Source: a virus | IMG/VR virus record: IMGVR_UViG_3300034107_000314 | Location: 64,001-128,000 of that record | Length of the DNA stretch: 64,000 nucleotides | Direction: 5' to 3' (one strand) | In this document: positions 32,246 through 42,735 of the stretch, piece by piece | How positions within the stretch are numbered: the stretch's first letter is position 1 | How the letters are laid out: each line of letters begins with the position of its first letter | The notes under the pieces: generated by a model | Seen by the model: only the letters and a program-made list of their open reading frames with translations | Databases searched by the model: none | What the model was told of the DNA's origin: nothing | Made by a program: the position numbers and the translations under genes

Positions 32246-33709
32246 TTAAACGGTAGTCAACTCTTTTTTTATTTTTTTTGCCGCAATCTTTTCTTCTCTA
32301 ATTCTAATAGATTGTTCAATTTTTTCTACTTTAGATATTAACTTTTCTACATTCTTGGCTGTTACCCTTGAATAAGTTAAACCGTATTCATATAATTCTT
32401 CGCCAACTTTTCTAATATTATTGGCAGCGTTAACATGTGAATCTTCTGAGTGCTTACATCGCAAGCAATGAAATTTATCAGCGTTTCTATTCTTTTTATC
32501 TATGTATTGGCATTTTGAACAAGTCATAGAGGTGTATGGAGAAGGAGAGACATAAAAAGGAATTCTCATATCTTCGCAGAGGAGTTGTACGTATTCGGAT
32601 ATGTATTGGCCGAACTCTCCTCCTGTTGCTCCAGTGTTAATTTTATCAATTGCTATTCCCATCTTTTCTGACTGGGCTTTATTGATAATCTGTAGTGCGA
32701 AAGGTCTAGTTGATTTTTGTATAGCTATGAGTACTTTATCTTTTTCTAATCTCTTTTTCTTTCTTTGTTTTGTATTGATGTCTTTGATGTCGTCTTCCTG
32801 TTTGGACTTAGACTTTGCTTTTGCTTTTGCTTTCTCTATATCCTTTTTTCTTTTTTTCTTTTTATTAACTTCTTTTGTAAGGATGTTGTTTTTTCTGATC
32901 AAGGCGCTCATTTCATCTGGTCTTGCAATTTTTTCGCCATCATCAAAAGTAATCCAGTCCATTGGCGTTTGATTAATATCAAATCCAATAAAACCAATAG
33001 GCTCATATTTTGTATCTACTAATATTGGTACAGCTGCTTTCATTACGGTAGTTCTAACTGTTTTATCTTTATTATAATTAAAGACGAAGTTACCTCCGAA
33101 ATTCTCTCCAACCATTCCTTTTCCAATATATTTATAGATATCAACTTCTATCTTTCCTATAGACGTAGGGAAAGTTAGTTTTTTTGTATCGTCATCATAA
33201 TTTAAACCTTCTGATATATGTAATTTCTTGCCTTTAAAATTAATAATTGGAAGTCTAGGGTCTGGATCTTTATCATCATTATTTCTATTGATTGAAGATT
33301 CAATTCTATCTAGCGCGTGCTTCACTATGCTTCTTTTATAATTAGAAATTCCATCTTCAACAAAATCGTACTTCTTAAAAATATCTGCGAATACTGTTTT
33401 TACTAATTTTGAAGTTGTAATAGTTGGCAATACGGCAAGTACATCGCCATTCCTGTCTCTTTTTTCTTTTAGTACAATATCATCTTTTAATGAGTTGTAT
33501 AGCTCTTTACCATCAATTAAAATAAAATCGCAAAAAGACCCAAAGAATCTTTTATTTATTTGTCCGGCTTTCATCAATTGTAATGTTCTGTTGCAAATTT
33601 CTTGGCAACATTTCTTAGCTTTAATTCTTTCTGATTCAAGCATTTCTAAGACATTTTTATCTTTATTTTTTAAAATAATAGTTACGCCACGCCTTTTGTA
33701 GATTTGCAT
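32246..33709 (-). CDS. TnpB/Cas12f-like RuvC plus zinc-ribbon protein with an atypical catalytic triad
   Basis: IGFDIN (RuvC-I), IAIDKIN (RuvC-II position), PYTSMTCSKC...FHCLRC..SEDSHVNAANNI (Zn ribbon and RuvC-III). Confidence 0.8.
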   Translation of the reverse strand: MQIYKRRGVTIILKNKDKNVLEMLESERIKAKKCCQEICNRTLQLMKAGQINKRFFGSFCDFILIDGKELYNSLKDDIVLKEKRDRNGDVLAVLPTITTSKLVKTVFADIFKKYDFVEDGISNYKRSIVKHALDRIESSINRNNDDKDPDPRLPIINFKGKKLHISEGLNYDDDTKKLTFPTSIGKIEVDIYKYIGKGMVGENFGGNFVFNYNKDKTVRTTVMKAAVPILVDTKYEPIGFIGFDINQTPMDWITFDDGEKIARPDEMSALIRKNNILTKEVNKKKKRKKDIEKAKAKAKSKSKQEDDIKDINTKQRKKKRLEKDKVLIAIQKSTRPFALQIINKAQSEKMGIAIDKINTGATGGEFGQYISEYVQLLCEDMRIPFYVSPSPYTSMTCSKCQYIDKKNRNADKFHCLRCKHSEDSHVNAANNIRKVGEELYEYGLTYSRVTAKNVEKLISKVEKIEQSIRIREEKIAAKKIKKELTTV

Positions 33710-34681
33710 ATATTTCCCTTTGTATAAATTTAAAAATAAAAGGCTTCTGTTACAAAGCCTTTTATTAGATGATTGACGTAAAATAATATATCCTTAAGAT
33801 CATCACTTAGTTTTGTTATATTATTATTTTGGTGGTTCAATAGGTCCAGCGTATTGATAACTTGTTGAATTACCAAGGCTTATTATTGAATTAATTTCAT
33901 TGGATGAGTATTCCTTGATACTTAAATGTCCATTAGACTTTAGCCAATAATATCCCGGAATGGTTGGATAATCTTTCCATGTTAAATCGCTATATTTATT
34001 TATAAGTGATTTAGCAATATCTATAGGTATTTGAACTAATGCCAATCCTAAGTTTGGATTTTCAGATATTACTTTTATTATAGATGATGGATCAAATGTA
34101 TAGTTATCTGAATAGATTTTCGACATCTACATTCTCCAGTAATAGTTCGAATTCGAAATCGCTAATTTTGTATTTTTTCTGCATGAGCATTAATACATTT
34201 ACAAGTTGCATATTTTCTAGTGATTTTTGTCTTGCTATGCCCCAAGCCATAATGAAAGATTTATTATTTAACAGGTCTTTGTCCTGTGTATCGAATTCTA
34301 TAATCGCTTGAGATGTTTCAAAAATATTATCAAGATCCATTGTTTATCCCCCTACGACTTGCCATAAAAATTTATTTCTTGATTGATTATTTCTTCATTT
34401 GTTGACCATCCAGCTTTTTTAATATATGTATCTAACGCTTTTCTGGTTGCTGCATTTTCTTTCTTTAAATCTTCTATTTGTTGATTAAGTGATGCTATGT
34501 ACTTAAGACCGAATTTGCATTTATTTGGAGGGCAACAGTCTAGTTCACCACATGAACCGCATGTTGAACAATATATGTCGTGCATTTCTTTTAATAGCTC
34601 CACTGGAAAGATATATCCATTATAGACATATTCACTTATTTCAGATAGTACGATTTTTAATCTGTCTTGTTTCATTTTCAC

Positions 34682-35587
34682 CTAGAAAAGATCTACCCAT
34701 TGATGTATCACTTTGCTCCAGTCATAATTATACCTTGCATACTCCTGAATGTCAAGACATTTCTGTTTGTATTTTTCAGTATTTGCTTTATAATATTCAA
34801 GAGTTTCTACAACATCCGCTAAAAATCCGTTTTCATCTGATCTTACTTTGATTCCACCGCCCTCCTCACTGTTATGTTTGAAATATCCAACAGGAGTTCC
34901 GATACATAATCTTCCAGCGGCAGCAGCCTCAAGCATAGGCATTCCCGCAGCTTCTTCTATTGAAGCCATAATTATAGAGTCAATCGTTTTATAGTATCCC
35001 GGCATAGCAAGGTAATGATATGTACCATTTGGAACAAAATTTAACGATGCCATTTCTACTGCTTGTTGTACTAAATGTCCACGTTTAATATCTACTCCAA
35101 AAAAATTACACCCAACCATCTTTCCACCAAATCCAACTTTTTGTAATCCATCAGATGGCTTTGCGTAAAATGCATGGAAATTTATTCCATTGGTTACTCT
35201 TTTAGCTTTTACTTTGGAATGTGGATTGCAATCATTAAACATATCTACTAGTTTATCAGAAATGCATCCATAAGAATGTATATCATAGTAGTTTGTAATG
35301 TTATGAACCATATCTCTGGCAGCTACATATATGTCCCATTCTGCATGTGCCACTGCTACAATTTTATTAAGTGGGACTTGATAACTCATCAATTGTGGAA
35401 TTGATTCTGGATTTGTTACGAAGTAATCATAAGTATCTATGAAAAAATTAAATTCTTCTTGGCTATATCCTATAGTATAATCTAATAGATTTGCATATAT
35501 ACCATGCTCATATAACTCTTTAACTAAACCCTGATGTAATGATCCAAAGGCCCACCTATTCTGAGTGAAAAACATTACTTTTTTCAT
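34682..35587 (-). CDS. Glycosyltransferase, GT-B fold
   Basis: DIKRGHL; MASIEEAAGMPMLEAAAAGRLCIGTPVG. Confidence 0.8.
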   Translation of the reverse strand: MKKVMFFTQNRWAFGSLHQGLVKELYEHGIYANLLDYTIGYSQEEFNFFIDTYDYFVTNPESIPQLMSYQVPLNKIVAVAHAEWDIYVAARDMVHNITNYYDIHSYGCISDKLVDMFNDCNPHSKVKAKRVTNGINFHAFYAKPSDGLQKVGFGGKMVGCNFFGVDIKRGHLVQQAVEMASLNFVPNGTYHYLAMPGYYKTIDSIIMASIEEAAGMPMLEAAAAGRLCIGTPVGYFKHNSEEGGGIKVRSDENGFLADVVETLEYYKANTEKYKQKCLDIQEYARYNYDWSKVIHQWVDLF

Positions 35588-36147
35588 AGTGACGATTGCC
35601 TCGTTTCAAGCATTCCTTTGATAATACAATAGTGCATTTCAACTGGCTTATAAGCCTCGGAATTATGTGTATTGATTGTCAAGAACCTCTTCCAGTATAA
35701 CTGAACATCGAATCTTGTCAAGTCGGAAATCGTAAAGTTTGATTTATGAATCTCAAACTTCTGACCTTCCCAATCATCTTGAAGAGCATTGGTCGGCCAA
35801 GCAACTGCCATCCACTTACATCTATAAGAGAAAAAGTCGAGATAATTAATCACTTCTGATAGATAGCAATGCTCAAGAACATCGCCAAAATAAATAAAGT
35901 CATGTCTATTCCTTGGATATAGATTAATATACTTATCAATATCCATCATATAAACATCACGATACTTTTTCTCAAGTTCAAATTGTCTAATATATTGCTC
36001 TGTTGGCTCAATACAATCAATAGCAGGGTGAGTAATCAAGCTAGGTAGCTTGCCAGACCCAGCTCCAACATCTAAGATTGACTCAGGATTTAATCCTTGG
36101 ATGTGACTTTTAAGCAGCCAGTCAAAAGTGTCATTTGAATAAGGCAT
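35584..36147 (-). CDS. Class I SAM-dependent methyltransferase
   Basis: [10 protein letters not shown]; FGDVLEH. Confidence 0.85.
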   Translation of the reverse strand: MPYSNDTFDWLLKSHIQGLNPESILDVGAGSGKLPSLITHPAIDCIEPTEQYIRQFELEKKYRDVYMMDIDKYINLYPRNRHDFIYFGDVLEHCYLSEVINYLDFFSYRCKWMAVAWPTNALQDDWEGQKFEIHKSNFTISDLTRFDVQLYWKRFLTINTHNSEAYKPVEMHYCIIKGMLETRQSSL

Positions 36148-37264
36148 TTATTGGTAACTCTTTCTTCAGCCAGTCTAAGTTTTTTCTATTTGGATTTTTT
36201 TCGTACCATCCACCACTTTCGTAGATATTTAGCACAGCCTGAAAGTATTCTTCATACATTTTTGCAACTTTATCAAGAGAGAAGTTCATGGCCCAGTCTC
36301 TACAATTCTGTGGATTAATATTCTCAATATTTTTTGCAGCCCAACAGAACTGCTCAAAGGTTCGACATCTATATCCGGTATAACCGTGAAGATTATTTTC
36401 AGCGAAAGATCCCCAATCAGTTGTAATTGTTGGAGTGCCAGACATTAAATTCTCGATTTGTACACCACCGAAAGGTTCTATATACATTGAAGCTAAGAAG
36501 CTAGCTTTCGCCTTTGACATTAATTTACGACGAAGATTTGTATCCGCATAACCTAGATAGTCAACATTTTTTGGTAGTTTATAGTCGTTGTCTTTTTGAC
36601 CCGCTATTACTAGTTTTGCTCCAATTTCTTGTGTTGCTTGGATTGCAATATTAACTCCTTTGCCATCATAGACTCTACCTAGATATAAGAAGTAGTCTTC
36701 TTTATTTGAATTGAAATCAAAATCGTTTTCATCAAAGTAATTTGGTATAACAACATCATACCAATCTTGCTTGCATGTTCCAACAGCTTCCAATCCATAA
36801 TATGCATGGTAAATGGCATAGGATTCAAAGATCTTGAATCTTGCCCAGTGTCCACCAGCATATCCGATGCCCGGCTCAACTACAATCATATCTGGGTGAG
36901 CGTCACAAACTGGTCTAACTCCTGATCCCCAGAATGGCAGAATGAAATCGTTGCGTTGTTTCCTAAGACCAACTTCTCTAATTGCATTCTTATAGAATGT
37001 CTGATAAGCATGGTCATTGACATCGAACTTAAAGAAGTTCTTACGCCAATCATAACTACCGTAAGCAATTTCAAGATCTTTATTTGTTGTTACTGTGACA
37101 TGCTCATCACATATTACGTCACTATCTTCGTGTCCATAATGGATAACTTCATGCCCTAGAGCTTTCATCATCTTGCAAAACTTAACAACTTTTTGCGTGT
37201 ATGCGCAAGCAACATATTGTGAATTGCTAACTGTATGGGGAAGCCCTAATACATGAAATCTCAT
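36131..37264 (-). CDS. Glycosyltransferase, GT4 family
   Basis: [13 protein letters not shown]; [25 protein letters not shown]. Confidence 0.9.
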   Translation of the reverse strand: MRFHVLGLPHTVSNSQYVACAYTQKVVKFCKMMKALGHEVIHYGHEDSDVICDEHVTVTTNKDLEIAYGSYDWRKNFFKFDVNDHAYQTFYKNAIREVGLRKQRNDFILPFWGSGVRPVCDAHPDMIVVEPGIGYAGGHWARFKIFESYAIYHAYYGLEAVGTCKQDWYDVVIPNYFDENDFDFNSNKEDYFLYLGRVYDGKGVNIAIQATQEIGAKLVIAGQKDNDYKLPKNVDYLGYADTNLRRKLMSKAKASFLASMYIEPFGGVQIENLMSGTPTITTDWGSFAENNLHGYTGYRCRTFEQFCWAAKNIENINPQNCRDWAMNFSLDKVAKMYEEYFQAVLNIYESGGWYEKNPNRKNLDWLKKELPINALFK

Positions 37265-37791
37265 TTAATATTCTCCTTGAACCAATTATATATTTTTTCT
37301 ACTTCTTCAAGAGATGCATTGCTTTTTAACGTATTTGCTCTGTGAGATATCACTTGTATGTTTCCTTTTATATAACCTTTTGATGAATCTATTCTATCTA
37401 TAGTTGGGGAATTATAGCTTAATTTTTTATCTGATCTTATTATTGGAATCCCAAGAATTGGACAGTTTATTGGTACTGTTATATCTTCAATAGATATGTC
37501 GAAATCTATTTTTTTATTTTTAGCTCTTTTTTTAGCGCCAATTAATAAAGTTTTTTCTATATTATTTTTGTTCCAATCTACAGATCTTTGATTAATTCTT
37601 TTTCTGACTTCTGGAATATTCTGATGTTCTTTTCTTTTTTGTTCTATTTTGTCGTGATTGTTATCTTTGTACAATTTCTGTACTATTAAATGGCATTCTT
37701 TACAATCAGCTCTGTATCCACTTTTTAAGTGGTTATCTTTAAAGAATTCACTATAATTCTTTTCTAGTCCGCATTTACTACATTTTTTCAT
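37261..37791 (-). CDS. HNH-like homing endonuclease
   Basis: CSKC...[11 protein letters not shown]; CPILG...[26 protein letters not shown]. Confidence 0.85.
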   Translation of the reverse strand: MKKCSKCGLEKNYSEFFKDNHLKSGYRADCKECHLIVQKLYKDNNHDKIEQKRKEHQNIPEVRKRINQRSVDWNKNNIEKTLLIGAKKRAKNKKIDFDISIEDITVPINCPILGIPIIRSDKKLSYNSPTIDRIDSSKGYIKGNIQVISHRANTLKSNASLEEVEKIYNWFKENIK

Positions 37792-37847
37792 TGTGTATAT
37801 ACCTCCATTAATATATACACAATAAAATGTGATTATACGCAATTTTA

Positions 37848-38318
37848 TTAAAATGGCACTCCAGTATCACTATCATCGCCAAATGGATGTCTAACCTGTT
37901 CTTCTTCGTATTCAACTGAATCATCTGAGATATCTTTTAGGTACTGCTTAATAATATTAGATACTCTACCAGCCTTTGATGTATATTGCTCAACTTCCAC
38001 ATAAACTTGCTTACCATTAAGCGGCTTTTCATTGAAGTTCTCGCCTTTCTTTACTGGCTTTAAGCCTACAGCTTCACGCAATGCATTGAGTTTAGTTGGA
38101 CTAGTTACGCTAATCTTGTCAAAGATACGCTTGTTCTCGCCGTCATAATTGATATCAACCCAAACGCTAAGACATGCGCCTTTAGCATTGTAATCTGTAA
38201 TCATATATTCGCTAGTAGTCCATTCAGCTTTACTGATTTTAGCAGTATATTCGCCCGAATCAAGCAGGATATCCTTATAGTTTGATCGCTTCTCTTTTTC
38301 ATCCCATACTGGCTTCAT
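37848..38318 (-). CDS. Single-stranded DNA-binding protein (DUF669-like)
   Basis: GEYTAKISKAE beta-rich core; acidic tail ending DSDTGVPF. Confidence 0.7.
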   Translation of the reverse strand: MKPVWDEKEKRSNYKDILLDSGEYTAKISKAEWTTSEYMITDYNAKGACLSVWVDINYDGENKRIFDKISVTSPTKLNALREAVGLKPVKKGENFNEKPLNGKQVYVEVEQYTSKAGRVSNIIKQYLKDISDDSVEYEEEQVRHPFGDDSDTGVPF

Positions 38319-38923
38319 TATCTGATCCTTTCAATTACGGTTCCTGATAGTTGACTTTGACTCTTCTTTACTGTTTCGCCTGTATTCTGATCTAAGAACG
38401 TGACGGTATCTGCAAAGTGTTTAAATCTATTGGAGTAATAGATACCGTCATTCGTTCTTATTTTATATAGTGGCTCCGCCACGTAAGACATATATCCATA
38501 AAATTTATAACTAACCAACAAACCAAAAACTAAAATATTTGCAGTGATAAAGAGTTTAAGTAGTTCTTTCATCATTCAGAATGACTCCCGGATATTGACT
38601 CATGTATCTACTGAATTCTTTACGGTGATGTTCTAGTATTTCATTGGACTTTTGCTTTACTTCTTCTTCATTCTCTGCCTCAATTACTACAGAGTAGGTG
38701 TAGACATCTTGAAGATCAACTTTGTACAAGTTCTTCATCTATTTTACCATCACTTTCAAGTTTGTCAAGTAATTCTTCAATTATTTTTATACTACGCTTA
38801 ATTAAGCGAGCATCAAAGTTATCTGGGGCATCCCTATAACAGAAATGCCACCTGCGAAGTTCTGAAATGATTTCCATCGCATTCATTTTTTCGACATTAT
38901 CGAACATCTTATTTCCTTTTAAG

Positions 38924-38995
38924 TACAGGTACTGAGAATTGAACTCAGATCTTCAGTTTGGAAGACTGACATAATAGCCATTATACGACACCTGC
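38924..38995 (-). tRNA. tRNA-Gly(TCC)
   Basis: TCAGT-CTTCCAA-ACTGA; complete cloverleaf. Confidence 0.9.
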
Positions 38996-38999
38996 GTTT

Positions 39000-39096
39000 T
39001 ACAGACATGAATCAGGTCGCTCAGCTAACGATTGTCCCGAATCCGGGACCACCGCTCACGTTTTAGTGACGGACTGCCCTCATTGCCATGTCTGTA
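39000..39096 (-). ncRNA. Unassigned ~97-nt structured RNA upstream of tRNA-Gly
   Basis: 10-bp terminal stem TACAGACATG/CATGTCTGTA; internal hairpin GTCCCG-GATT-CGGGAC; begins ~6 nt after TTGACA-17-TATAAT (39102-39130). Confidence 0.6.
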
Positions 39097-40307
39097 TTAT
39101 TATTATACCCGATCACGTTGGTTTTGTCAACTTCAATTCTTCTAAGAACTGGATTAATTTTTCTTCATCTTCAAAAAAGAGATCTTTGAAGTAATCCTCT
39201 ATGGGCATATTAACATCTGGACAATCTTCTCCATAAACGTAGCCGCCATCCTTGGGGGTGATATAGGCGTAGCATTCAGAATTCAAATTTTTAATCCAGT
39301 CATTAAAGTGGATATCATGCCATTTATTCCAGCTGTTATCTTTGAGATAGTTAGTTAGTTTGGAACTCAATATTACTATCCTTTATATCTAGGAATTCTA
39401 ATACTTCTTGAATAGATTTAAAATTCAATGTATTGTAATCATCTGTTGGCATACTAATATTAGAATAGTCATAGAAGTCATAGATCCATATTGGTCTATT
39501 ATCTATTGCTCTTGGAATTAGTATATGATATTGTTGACTTGACTCTTTCTTTTCAAATGATGGCCAATATTCTGAATATGGATATCCACTATATTGAGTC
39601 CAACCGTTATCTATAAGAGCTTTATAAGCCGGATTCATTCTTCACCCTTTGTTTAGCATGGTCTATCATTGCTTGTTTAAAATCTTCTCGCCACTCTTTA
39701 TTATTACTGTAGTCGAATTGCTTGATACATTCTTCAAGAGCGTATTCCATAGTCTTGGCTTGTTTAGTCATAAGATCTAAGAGATGTCTGTCATGATTAT
39801 TTGCCATTATCAATATCCATTTTTGCATCGTGAATCATATAGTCAATATCCATTTCGTAATAAGGTATATTTCTAAGAGAAAGATTGACATGACCTTCGT
39901 AATTATAAAAATCAACAGCTCTTTGTAATGCTAGCTTATAGATCTCAGCCCGTCGAAATTGTGCTTTCAAGGGGGAAAAACCATTAGTGTTATCAATAAT
40001 TTCAAATCCTGCAACACCTTCACCTTGTTTCATCCATTTCCAGCCATGAACAGCTTCTTTTTTATTATCAATATATCCGTACATATTAACCCTTTCTTCT
40101 AGTGAGTGTTTCAATTATTATACCAGCAATATCGTAAGAGTCAAGAGAATTCATGTGATTTTTAATAACCCATTCAGCATTCTCTTGAGTGCATTTATAA
40201 CCGCTCTGTTTCATGCACTTAAGAACGACCTCCATGTCGTATTTAATTGGCAGATCATCATATGACTGCGGCTTAAGAGTTTCATACTTGGCGAAAAAAT
40301 TTGGCAT

Positions 40308-41363
40308 TTAATCGCCCTTCTTCTCTAAGAACTTGTTAGAGATAGCTTTGAAGCTCACGCTACGATCAAAATACCTGATGACAATACCTTCACGCTCGGT
40401 ATTACTATTAAGTTTAGATTTATTTTCTGATAATTCTAGACAAGCCTTACTGTTTTCAGGCAAGTTAATGTCCTTATATAATAGAGGAACGTGTTTAAGA
40501 TTATACTCTTCTGTGAATTCAATTAACTCTTCTATGGGGGCGTATTGATCACAATCGCTGTAATATAGATTATATATATAGAAGTCGTGACCTTTGATAT
40601 TATATATATTACCTTGAACCCCTTCTCCCACTAGCTCGCCCTGAACGCAAACGGTCTGTTGACCCGTCTTTGCAGCGTGTTTTCGTAAAATCTCCTCAAT
40701 GTTTTGCTTTCTTGCAACTTTCCAAAAGGTATTACCTTCTGTTTCCTTTAAGTCCATATTCCTAGAGCAAACACCAAACTCATTCCCTCTTAAATATATA
40801 CTACAAGAAGAGCCATCTAGCTTTTCTGTAATATAGTATTGGCTACCTTTATCTCTATAATCTTGATATTGGCGAGATTTAATATTCTGGACTCTCTCTT
40901 CATCTGTCTTGTGAAGGAATCCCGGAAAGTTTCCCTTCACTTGTCCAGCTAGACATGCAGGAACTGGAGGTTCATATTTGATGATCCCCATAATTTCTGT
41001 CACATCTTCCCCCATATCCGGGAGATCAACATGACCATTTTCATCTGGGGGCAATTTACTAATCAAAGTTTGATAGTTTATCAGCAACCCCTGAGATAAT
41101 TGTCCACGCAATCTGATAGTCCTCAGACGAAAGCCCTCTGTGCCATCTGACATCTTCTTATACGAAGACTTGCGAAGGAACTCATATTCGGGCTGGATCG
41201 GCAAGAACGAGTCAACTTCGCAGAATACGACCATCTCATCAGTCTTGAAATCGCCCTTCTTCACTACAACATCCCAACCATTAATCCTCGCCACCTCAAT
41301 AGCGTCAGCCCCTTCTATGGGGCGTAATTCAGAAATCTGTTGAACAGTCGCTAGCCTTCGCAT
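40308..41363 (-). CDS. ATP-dependent RNA ligase (Rnl2/DRB0094 type)
   Basis: RRLATVQQI...PIEGADAIE; TEKLDGSS (motif I); QGELVG; EGIV; FKAIS. Confidence 0.92.
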   Translation of the reverse strand: MRRLATVQQISELRPIEGADAIEVARINGWDVVVKKGDFKTDEMVVFCEVDSFLPIQPEYEFLRKSSYKKMSDGTEGFRLRTIRLRGQLSQGLLINYQTLISKLPPDENGHVDLPDMGEDVTEIMGIIKYEPPVPACLAGQVKGNFPGFLHKTDEERVQNIKSRQYQDYRDKGSQYYITEKLDGSSCSIYLRGNEFGVCSRNMDLKETEGNTFWKVARKQNIEEILRKHAAKTGQQTVCVQGELVGEGVQGNIYNIKGHDFYIYNLYYSDCDQYAPIEELIEFTEEYNLKHVPLLYKDINLPENSKACLELSENKSKLNSNTEREGIVIRYFDRSVSFKAISNKFLEKKGD

Positions 41364-41408
41364 TGAATCCTCTCCTAGATAGTCTTGTTTGGTTACTCTT
41401 ATATTATA

Positions 41409-42735
41409 TCACCTGATCCCAGCATCGTCAAGTATCTTTTTGCATTTTTTGCAATCTATTTTCTTTAGTTCAGCAAATGTATTGTCGTTTGGATTAGATT
41501 CGGGATCATACATGATCCAATGCATTTTTCTCTCCTGACCACATAAAGACATAGGATAACTGTTCCAGTCACCGTAATGGGCTACTTTACTTCTTGCGGT
41601 AAATATTCTGAAAAATTCACGTATTTGCATTATATGCATTTCTTAGTATTTCTAAATCATTATCTTTAAAAAATTTATTTATTAGATTGGTTGAATTACT
41701 TTCTGCTTTTTCTTTTGTGGCAAAGCGTCCTAAAATATAAGATTTATTTTTAATTCGTAATCTTACACTGTATGGATTTATTTTACATCTAGCGTCAAAA
41801 TGTATATTTTTTGCATTATTATTTAAGCAATTATTGCTTCTATTTGTAAGTCTTAAGTTTTCTATTTTGTTATTTGTTTTATCTTTATCAATATGATCAA
41901 TTTCCATTAAATTTGGAATATTTCCATTGTGATATATCCATATCAACCTATGGGTGTAATATCTTTTACGATAAAAATTAATCTGCGAATAGTCGCCTAG
42001 TCTTTTTTTGCCTCCTGCAAGATCTCCGATTTTAGACCTGCAATGTGAGCCATTTCTTTTTTTCCAATACAAATTTCCATCTTTATAGTCAAACCATTCT
42101 AAAATGATTTCTTGCGGAGGATATTTAATTATATGTTTCATATTTAAAATTATCTCCTATTTTTTCACAAGATTGGCACTTAGGATGGATACTATTAGCA
42201 CTTGAGAATTCCCAGTTGCCTTTAGCGACACTCAGGTTGCACAGCGTCCTTTTACTGTTAGCTTGTACGAAGTGTGTAATCTTATTCTTTGATACTGCGT
42301 TAATATACTTCTGCATTATATTTCTCCTTTATTTTTGAACATTTCTTGCATTTTTTAAGATTGGCATCGTCAATTTCTTTATTTGCCCCGATAACAGCTT
42401 CCCATTGGCGATATTCAATTACTAAACCGCATAAAGTTTTATCATCGTTTATTCCACTAGTCAAGTGTTCTTTTAAATTTTTATGGGCATACTGTGGCCA
42501 ATAGCTGTGATGCATAACTACTCTAAGAAGTTTATCCATATCTTTCCATAGCCCCGTTATAAATATTTAAGCATTTCTTACACATATCAGTGTGGTTTAT
42601 GCTAGTAGATTTTCTATTGTCTGGAAAAACTTTTAAGGAACATAAGGTCTTATCTTTATCCCCACTCCAGACTATGTGGTTGATCTTACGACCTTTTCTC
42701 CAGTATGAATACATCATTCTTCTAGTATCGCCCAT
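41409..42735 (-). other. Four small paralogous His/Cys zinc-ribbon proteins (41409-41639, 42125-42316, 42300-42539, 42532-42735)
   Basis: Each has H-x(9-10)-LC followed by CxxC near the C-terminus. Confidence 0.7.
41617..42141 (-). CDS. HNH homing endonuclease with AP2-like C-terminus
   Basis: HRLIWIYHNG...IDHIDKDKTNNKIENLR...LGRFATKEKA. Confidence 0.9.
   Translation of the reverse strand: MKHIIKYPPQEIILEWFDYKDGNLYWKKRNGSHCRSKIGDLAGGKKRLGDYSQINFYRKRYYTHRLIWIYHNGNIPNLMEIDHIDKDKTNNKIENLRLTNRSNNCLNNNAKNIHFDARCKINPYSVRLRIKNKSYILGRFATKEKAESNSTNLINKFFKDNDLEILRNAYNANT

Noticed and set aside
32246-33709. Active IS200/IS605 or IS607 element
   Set aside because: No TnpA or resolvase neighbour, no clear element ends, and altered catalytic residues
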